Virus record (IMG/VR): IMGVR_UViG_3300042549_008416
Reading direction: 5' to 3' (one strand)
Source of the DNA: an uncultured virus (IMG/VR IMGVR_UViG_3300042549_008416)
Taxonomy: Duplodnaviria; Heunggongvirae; Uroviricota; Caudoviricetes
Length of the DNA stretch: 20,000 bases
Each line of letters begins with the position of its first letter. Within the stretch, counting starts at the first letter, position 1. A program made the position numbers and the translations under genes. Below, in pieces: positions 14,129-20,000 of the stretch. The notes below the pieces were generated by a model. It had not been told where the DNA came from. It searched no databases and worked only from the letters and a program-made list of their open reading frames with translations.

Positions 14129-17100
14129 ATGTCATTAGGTAATACAAATTTAGGTTTTAGCGGCGGCGGCTCAGGTGGTGGCGGCGGCACTGGAACTAAT
14201 GGTACTTCAGGTCAAACTTTTGGTACATCAGGTACTTCAGGTAATACAGGAACTGCTGGTACATCTGGGGTAAATGGTACATCTGGAGTAAATGGTACTA
14301 ATGGAGAAAGTGGCACTTCAGGTAATACAGGAACTGCTGGTACATCTGGGGTAAATGGAACATCTGGAGTAAATGGTACTAATGGAGAAAGTGGTACTTC
14401 AGGTGCAGACGGTACAAGCGGTGAATCAGGTACTTCAGGTGAATCAGGTACAAGCGGTGAATCAGGTACTTCAGGTGCAGACGGAACAAGCGGTGAGTCA
14501 GGTACTTCAGGAATAGATGGTTCTTCGGGTACAAGCGGTGAATCAGGTACTTCAGGTGAATCAGGTGAATCAGGTACTTCAGGTGAATCAGGTACTTCAG
14601 GTGCAGACGGAACAAGCGGAACTGATGGCTCATCAGGAACTTCAGGAATAGATGGTACAAGTGGAGAAAGCGGTACTTCGGGTATTAGTGGTTCAGACGG
14701 CAGTAGTGGTACAAGTGGAGAAAGTGGCTCTTCGGGTACTAGCGGTGAATCTGGAACAAGCGGAGAAAGTGGTACTTCAGGAATAGATGGTTCTTCGGGT
14801 ACAAGCGGTGAATCAGGTACTTCAGGTGAATCAGGTACTTCAGGTGAATCAGGTACTTCAGGTGCAGACGGAACAAGCGGTGAGTCAGGTACTTCAGGTG
14901 CAGACGGAACAAGCGGAACTGATGGCTCATCAGGAACTTCAGGAATAGATGGTACAAGTGGAGAAAGCGGTACTTCGGGTATTAGTGGTTCAGACGGCAG
15001 TAGTGGTACAAGTGGAGAAAGTGGCTCTTCGGGTACTAGCGGTGAATCTGGAACAAGCGGAGAAAGTGGTACTTCAGGAATAGATGGCTCATCAGGTACT
15101 TCAGGAATAGATGGAACAAGTGGAGAAAGTGGTACTTCGGGAACTGATGGTTCTTCAGGTACTAGCGGTGAATCTGGAACAAGCGGAGAAAGTGGTACTT
15201 CGGGAACTGATGGTTCTTCGGGTACTTCAGGAATTGATGGAACAAGTGGTGAATCTGGAACAAGTGGTACTGATGGCTCATCAGGTACTTCAGGAATAGA
15301 TGGAACAAGTGGAGAAAGTGGTACTTCGGGAACTGATGGTTCTTCAGGTACTAGCGGTGAATCTGGTACAAGTGGCACTGATGGTTTAAGTTGTTTAAGT
15401 TATACTGTAACCTATCAAGTAGGTGGCGGTGATTTATATTTTGATTACAATGATTGCTCGGGTGCTTTAGTAAGTGTGGGGCCTGTAACAAGTGGTTCTT
15501 TAACATTTTGTGCGCTTAGTTTCGGGAGTTCTCCCAGCATAGTTATAATTTCGGGTAATGCTACGATTTTAAGTAACGGAGTTTGCGTAGGCACTGACGG
15601 AAGCTCTGGAACAAGTGGCACTAGCGGTACAGATGGCTCGAGTGGTACTTCGGGAACTTCAGGTGAATCAGGAACAAGCGGAGAAAGTGGTACTTCGGGA
15701 ACTGATGGTTCTTCGGGTACTTCAGGAATTGATGGAACAAGTGGTGAATCTGGAACAAGTGGTACTGATGGCTCATCAGGTACTTCAGGAATAGATGGAA
15801 CAAGTGGAGAAAGTGGTACTTCGGGAACTGATGGTTCTTCAGGTACTAGCGGTGAATCTGGAACAAGCGGAGAAAGTGGTACTTCGGGAACTGATGGTTC
15901 TTCGGGTACTTCAGGAATTGATGGAACAAGTGGTGAATCTGGAACAAGTGGTACTGATGGCTCATCAGGTACTTCAGGAATAGATGGAACTAGCGGAGAA
16001 AGTGGTACAAGCGGTACTGACGGAAGCTCTGGAACAAGTGGCACTAGCGGTACAGATGGCTCTAGCGGAACTTCGGGAACTTCGGGAACGAATGGCTCGA
16101 GTGGTACATCTGGAACTTCAGGTGAATCAGGAACAAGCGGTGAATCTGGTACTAGCGGAGAAAGTGGTACAAGCGGTACTGACGGAAGCTCTGGAACAAG
16201 TGGCACTAGCGGTACAGATGGCTCGAGTGGTACATCTGGAACTTCAGGTGAATCAGGAACAAGCGGTGAATCTGGTACTAGCGGAGAAAGTGGTACAAGC
16301 GGTACTGACGGAAGCTCTGGAACAAGCGGCACTTCGGGAACTGATGGTTCTTCGGGTACAAGTGGTGAATCTGGTACGAGCGGAACTGATGGTTCTTCAG
16401 GAACTTCAGGTACTGACGGCTCTAGCGGTACTTCGGGTACAAGCGGTACTGATGGAAGTTCTGGAACAAGCGGTACGAGCGGAACTGATGGTTCTTCGGG
16501 AACTTCGGGAACATCAGGAACTGACGGCTCTAGCGGTACGAGTGGAGAATCTTCATTATTCTTTGGAACAAGTGGAAACTCAATCTCATTACCATTAAAT
16601 TCAGTAACAACCACGAGTACAACAACAACTACGAGCACAACTGCTCCGCCTCCGCCTACGAGTACAACAACAACTACGAGCACAACTGCTCCGCCTCCGC
16701 CTACAAGTACAACAACAACTACGAGCACAACTGCTCCGCCTCCGCCTACAAGTACAACAACAACTACGAGCACAACTGCTCCTACTACAAGTACAACTAC
16801 GACAAGTACAACGGCTGCTGTTGGTGGATTTACTATAAGCAATCCATCTGGTAGCGGACAAATAGATAATGTTACTACTACGGGTGGGGCATCGTTTTAT
16901 GTGATAAATTCAGGTTCTTTCCCTGTAACAACGGGTAGTAGCGTAGTGGCAGGTCTTGCAAGTTTAACGGGTGACCCAGTAATTGTTGATATATCAAGTT
17001 ATTCATCAACATCGTGTTTATCTTTATATATTAATGGTATATTAAATGAATCACAGACAATTAATGCGAGCGGAACGTATACATTTTCTAATAAAACTTT

Positions 17101-17149
17101 CTCTACAAGTGATACTGTGTTACTTGAATATGTATCAGGAACTTGTTAA
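14129..17149 (+). CDS. Gly-X-Y (collagen-like, proline-free) fibre/spike protein 1
   Basis: About 400 aa of G-X-Y, a 4-Cys insert (15386-15589), about 320 aa of G-X-Y, a Thr/Pro mucin-like tract, and a ~110 aa beta-rich C-terminal domain with two Cys. Confidence 0.85.
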   Translation: MSLGNTNLGFSGGGSGGGGGTGTNGTSGQTFGTSGTSGNTGTAGTSGVNGTSGVNGTNGESGTSGNTGTAGTSGVNGTSGVNGTNGESGTSGADGTSGESGTSGESGTSGESGTSGADGTSGESGTSGIDGSSGTSGESGTSGESGESGTSGESGTSGADGTSGTDGSSGTSGIDGTSGESGTSGISGSDGSSGTSGESGSSGTSGESGTSGESGTSGIDGSSGTSGESGTSGESGTSGESGTSGADGTSGESGTSGADGTSGTDGSSGTSGIDGTSGESGTSGISGSDGSSGTSGESGSSGTSGESGTSGESGTSGIDGSSGTSGIDGTSGESGTSGTDGSSGTSGESGTSGESGTSGTDGSSGTSGIDGTSGESGTSGTDGSSGTSGIDGTSGESGTSGTDGSSGTSGESGTSGTDGLSCLSYTVTYQVGGGDLYFDYNDCSGALVSVGPVTSGSLTFCALSFGSSPSIVIISGNATILSNGVCVGTDGSSGTSGTSGTDGSSGTSGTSGESGTSGESGTSGTDGSSGTSGIDGTSGESGTSGTDGSSGTSGIDGTSGESGTSGTDGSSGTSGESGTSGESGTSGTDGSSGTSGIDGTSGESGTSGTDGSSGTSGIDGTSGESGTSGTDGSSGTSGTSGTDGSSGTSGTSGTNGSSGTSGTSGESGTSGESGTSGESGTSGTDGSSGTSGTSGTDGSSGTSGTSGESGTSGESGTSGESGTSGTDGSSGTSGTSGTDGSSGTSGESGTSGTDGSSGTSGTDGSSGTSGTSGTDGSSGTSGTSGTDGSSGTSGTSGTDGSSGTSGESSLFFGTSGNSISLPLNSVTTTSTTTTTSTTAPPPPTSTTTTTSTTAPPPPTSTTTTTSTTAPPPPTSTTTTTSTTAPTTSTTTTSTTAAVGGFTISNPSGSGQIDNVTTTGGASFYVINSGSFPVTTGSSVVAGLASLTGDPVIVDISSYSSTSCLSLYINGILNESQTINASGTYTFSNKTFSTSDTVLLEYVSGTC
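14186..16553 (+). repeat. 9 bp-periodic Gly-X-Y coding repeat with higher-order duplications
   Basis: ggN-acN-tcN/agY units; 81 bp duplication near 14234-14400; 297 bp-period duplication (14644 vs 14941); 189 bp-period duplication (15721 vs 15910). Confidence 0.9.
16613..16783 (+). repeat. 45 bp tandem repeat encoding TSTTTTTSTTAPPPP (3 full + 1 partial copy)
   Basis: ac(g/a)agtacaacaacaactacgagcacaactgctccgcctccgcct repeated almost identically. Confidence 0.95.
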
Positions 17150-17176
17150 TAATTACTAATAATTAAATATTTATAA

Positions 17177-20000
17177 ATGGCTTTTTCTAATATTACCATA
17201 GCAGCTAACACAGGTTTATCATTCGTAGCGGGACAATATGTTCAAGTTATTCATGACATAAACAATTATTTTGTTGGTCAAGTTATATCATACAATCCAA
17301 CTACTGGAAGTATGACAATAGCTCCAGAAGTAAGTGTTGGTTCAGGTAGTTTTTCTACTTGGGAAGTTGTATTATCAGGACAATTTGGTACTAATGGTTC
17401 AAGCGGTACATCTGGTTTAAGCGGCACAAGGGGAACAAGTGGTTCAAGTGGTACAAGTGGAATAAGTGGTTCAAGTGGTACAAGCGGAACTGATGGTTCT
17501 TCGGGTACAAGTGGTGAATCTGGAACAAGCGGTGAAAGTGGTACAAGCGGTGAAAGTGGTACAAGCGGAACTGATGGTTCTTCGGGTACAAGTGGTGAAT
17601 CTGGAACAAGCGGTGAAAGTGGTACAAGCGGAACTGATGGTTCTTCAGGAACTTCAGGTACTGACGGAAGCTCTGGAACAAGTGGCACTAGCGGTACAGA
17701 TGGCTCTAGCGGAACTTCGGGAACTTCGGGAACGAATGGCTCGAGTGGTACATCTGGAACTTCAGGTGAATCAGGAACAAGCGGTACAGATGGCTCGAGT
17801 GGTACATCTGGAACTTCAGGTGAATCAGGAACAAGCGGAACTTCGGGAACTGATGGTTCTTCAGGAACTTCAGGTACTGACGGAAGCTCTGGAACAAGTG
17901 GCACTAGCGGTACAGATGGCTCTAGCGGAACTTCGGGAACTTCGGGAACGAATGGCTCGAGTGGTACATCTGGAACTTCAGGTGAATCAGGAACAAGCGG
18001 TGAATCTGGTACTAGCGGAGAAAGTGGTACAAGCGGTACTGACGGAAGCTCTGGAACAAGTGGCACTAGCGGTACAGATGGCTCGAGTGGTACTTCGGGT
18101 ACAAGTGGAACAGATGGTTCAAGCGGTACTTCAGGTACTGACGGAAGCTCTGGAACAAGTGGTACTTCGGGTACAGATGGTTCAAGTGGCACTAGCGGAA
18201 CTGATGGCTCATCAGGAACTTCAGGAATAGATGGAACAAGTGGTACTTCGGGTACAAGCGGAACTGATGGTTCTAGCGGAACTAGCGGAACTTCGGGAAC
18301 TTCGGGTAGCTCGGGTACAAGCGGAACTAATGGTTCAAGCGGTACATCGGGTACTTCAGGAACGAATGGTTCTTCGGGTACTTCGGGTACTTCGGGTACT
18401 TCGGGTAGCTCGGGTACAAGCGGAACTAATGGTTCAAGCGGCACTTCGGGTTCTTCAGGAACTTCGGGAACTTCGGGTAGCTCGGGTACAAGCGGAACTA
18501 ATGGTTCTTCAGGAACATCGGGAACGAATGGTTCAAGCGGTACAGATGGTTCAAGTGGCACTAGCGGAACTGATGGCTCATCAGGAACTTCAGGAATAGA
18601 TGGAACAAGTGGTACTTCGGGTACAAGCGGAACTGATGGTTCTAGCGGAACTAGCGGAACTTCGGGTACAAGCGGAACTAATGGTTCAAGCGGCACATCG
18701 GGTACTTCAGGAACGAATGGTTCTTCAGGAACATCGGGAACGAATGGTTCAAGCGGTACATCGGGAACATCGGGTACGAATGGCTCTAGCGGAACTTCGG
18801 GAACATCGGGTACGAATGGCTCTTCTGGAACTTCGGGTACAAGCGGAACTAATGGTTCTTCAGGAACATCGGGAACGAATGGCTCAAGCGGTACTAATGG
18901 TTCAAGCGGTACATCGGGAACATCGGGTACGAATGGCTCTAGCGGAACTTCGGGAACTTCGGGAACGAATGGCTCTTCTGGAACTTCGGGTACAAGCGGA
19001 ACTAATGGTTCAAGCGGCACATCGGGTACTTCAGGAACGAATGGTTCTTCTGGAACTTCAGGTAGCTCGGGTACAAGCGGTACTAATGGTTCAAGCGGTA
19101 CATCGGGAACATCGGGTACGAATGGCTCTAGCGGTACATCGGGAACTTCAGGAACGAATGGTTCTTCTGGAACTTCAGGTAGCTCGGGTACAAGCGGAAC
19201 TAATGGTTCAAGCGGTACATCGGGAACATCGGGTACGAATGGCTCTAGCGGAACTTCGGGTACAAGCGGAACTAATGGTTCAAGCGGCACATCGGGTACT
19301 TCAGGTAGCTCGGGTACAAGCGGTACGAATGGCTCTAGCGGAACTTCGGGAACTTCGGGAACGAATGGTTCTTCAGGAACATCGGGTACTTCAGGTAGCT
19401 CGGGTACAAGCGGTACGAATGGCTCTAGCGGAACTTCGGGAACTTCGGGAACGAATGGTTCTTCAGGAACATCGGGTACTTCAGGTAGCTCGGGTACAAG
19501 CGGAACTAATGGTTCTTCAGGAACATCGGGTACAAGCGGAACTAATGGTACAAGTGGTTCTTCTGGAACTTCGGGAACTAATGGTTCAAGCGGTACATCG
19601 GGAACAAGTGGTTCTTCTGGAACTTCGGGAACTAATGGTTCAAGCGGTACATCGGGAACAAGCGGAACTTCTGGTTTAAGCGGCACTTCTGGAACTTCGG
19701 GAACTTCGGGTAGCTCGGGTACAAGCGGTACTAATGGTTCTTCTGGAACTTCGGGAACTTCAGGAACGAATGGTTCAAGCGGTACATCGGGAACATCGGG
19801 TACGAATGGCTCTAGCGGCACATCGGGTACTTCAGGTAGCTCGGGTACAAGCGGTACGAATGGCTCTAGCGGAACTTCGGGAACTTCGGGTAGCTCGGGT
19901 ACAAGCGGTACTAATGGTTCAAGCGGTACATCGGGAACATCGGGTACGAATGGCTCTAGCGGAACTTCGGGAACTTCGGGAACGAATGGCTCTTCTGGAA
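17177..20000 (+). CDS. Gly-X-Y fibre/spike protein 2, 3'-truncated (not in ORF track because it has no stop in the window)
   Basis: ATG 17177: MAFSNITIAANTGLSFVAGQYVQVIHDINNYFVGQVISYNPTTGSMTIAPEVSVGSGSFSTWEVVLSGQFG, then about 870 aa of G-X-Y in the same frame to the window end. Confidence 0.9.
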   Translation, partial: MAFSNITIAANTGLSFVAGQYVQVIHDINNYFVGQVISYNPTTGSMTIAPEVSVGSGSFSTWEVVLSGQFGTNGSSGTSGLSGTRGTSGSSGTSGISGSSGTSGTDGSSGTSGESGTSGESGTSGESGTSGTDGSSGTSGESGTSGESGTSGTDGSSGTSGTDGSSGTSGTSGTDGSSGTSGTSGTNGSSGTSGTSGESGTSGTDGSSGTSGTSGESGTSGTSGTDGSSGTSGTDGSSGTSGTSGTDGSSGTSGTSGTNGSSGTSGTSGESGTSGESGTSGESGTSGTDGSSGTSGTSGTDGSSGTSGTSGTDGSSGTSGTDGSSGTSGTSGTDGSSGTSGTDGSSGTSGIDGTSGTSGTSGTDGSSGTSGTSGTSGSSGTSGTNGSSGTSGTSGTNGSSGTSGTSGTSGSSGTSGTNGSSGTSGSSGTSGTSGSSGTSGTNGSSGTSGTNGSSGTDGSSGTSGTDGSSGTSGIDGTSGTSGTSGTDGSSGTSGTSGTSGTNGSSGTSGTSGTNGSSGTSGTNGSSGTSGTSGTNGSSGTSGTSGTNGSSGTSGTSGTNGSSGTSGTNGSSGTNGSSGTSGTSGTNGSSGTSGTSGTNGSSGTSGTSGTNGSSGTSGTSGTNGSSGTSGSSGTSGTNGSSGTSGTSGTNGSSGTSGTSGTNGSSGTSGSSGTSGTNGSSGTSGTSGTNGSSGTSGTSGTNGSSGTSGTSGSSGTSGTNGSSGTSGTSGTNGSSGTSGTSGSSGTSGTNGSSGTSGTSGTNGSSGTSGTSGSSGTSGTNGSSGTSGTSGTNGTSGSSGTSGTNGSSGTSGTSGSSGTSGTNGSSGTSGTSGTSGLSGTSGTSGTSGSSGTSGTNGSSGTSGTSGTNGSSGTSGTSGTNGSSGTSGTSGSSGTSGTNGSSGTSGTSGSSGTSGTNGSSGTSGTSGTNGSSGTSGTSGTNGSSG

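Noticed and set aside
17147..17179. Stop-codon readthrough or recoding fusing the two in-frame fibre genes
   Set aside because: Three in-frame TAA codons in 30 nt. TAA, TAG and TGA all end genes normally elsewhere in the window, so there is no sign of an alternative code.
15111..19679. Alternative-frame + strand ORFs (MEQV..., ELMVLQ... repeats) and short minus-strand HLKYL ORFs
   Set aside because: Off-frame readings of the 9 bp-periodic repeat, which is naturally poor in stop codons.
14212..19821. Long minus-strand ORFs rich in PEVP/PLVP (14212-15378, 15445-16842, 17278-19821)
   Set aside because: Antisense shadows of the Gly-X-Y codons (GGN reads as Pro-containing repeats on the other strand); no independent start context or domain.
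14129..20000. Repeats as a CRISPR array or as a diversity-generating retroelement TR/VR pair
   Set aside because: No constant repeat with unique spacers. The duplicated blocks are identical or differ at synonymous sites, not specifically at adenines, and no reverse transcriptase is seen.

Overview
AT-rich, densely packed window in which every credible gene lies on the + strand. It reads as the virion/morphogenesis region of a tailless, probably membrane-containing dsDNA virus of the PRD1-adenovirus lineage (Varidnaviria-like). Bacteroidota-type promoters (TAnnTTTG), no obvious Shine-Dalgarno sites and intrinsic terminators point to a Bacteroidota host (inference). From left to right: (i) the 3' part of a large modular protein cut into unrelated ~60-110 aa units by six [YFM]A[DR]GG motifs (candidate polyprotein); (ii) a small basic protein, two membrane proteins, a PAP2-family phosphatase, a PD-(D/E)XK nuclease and a DnaA-C-like HTH protein; (iii) an A32/P9-like FtsK-HerA packaging ATPase; (iv) a separately promoted and terminated, codon-biased, beta-rich 245 aa candidate major capsid protein; (v) 16 small membrane-anchored proteins, including two annexin-like paralogues and a LEA_2-like protein, around one HEXXH zinc protease; (vi) two very long proline-free Gly-X-Y (GTS/GSS/GTD/GES/GTN) fibre genes, the second running off the window. 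No terminase, portal, HK97 capsid, tail genes, RNA genes, CRISPR or IS elements were recognised. All family calls come from motifs read by eye, not database searches.
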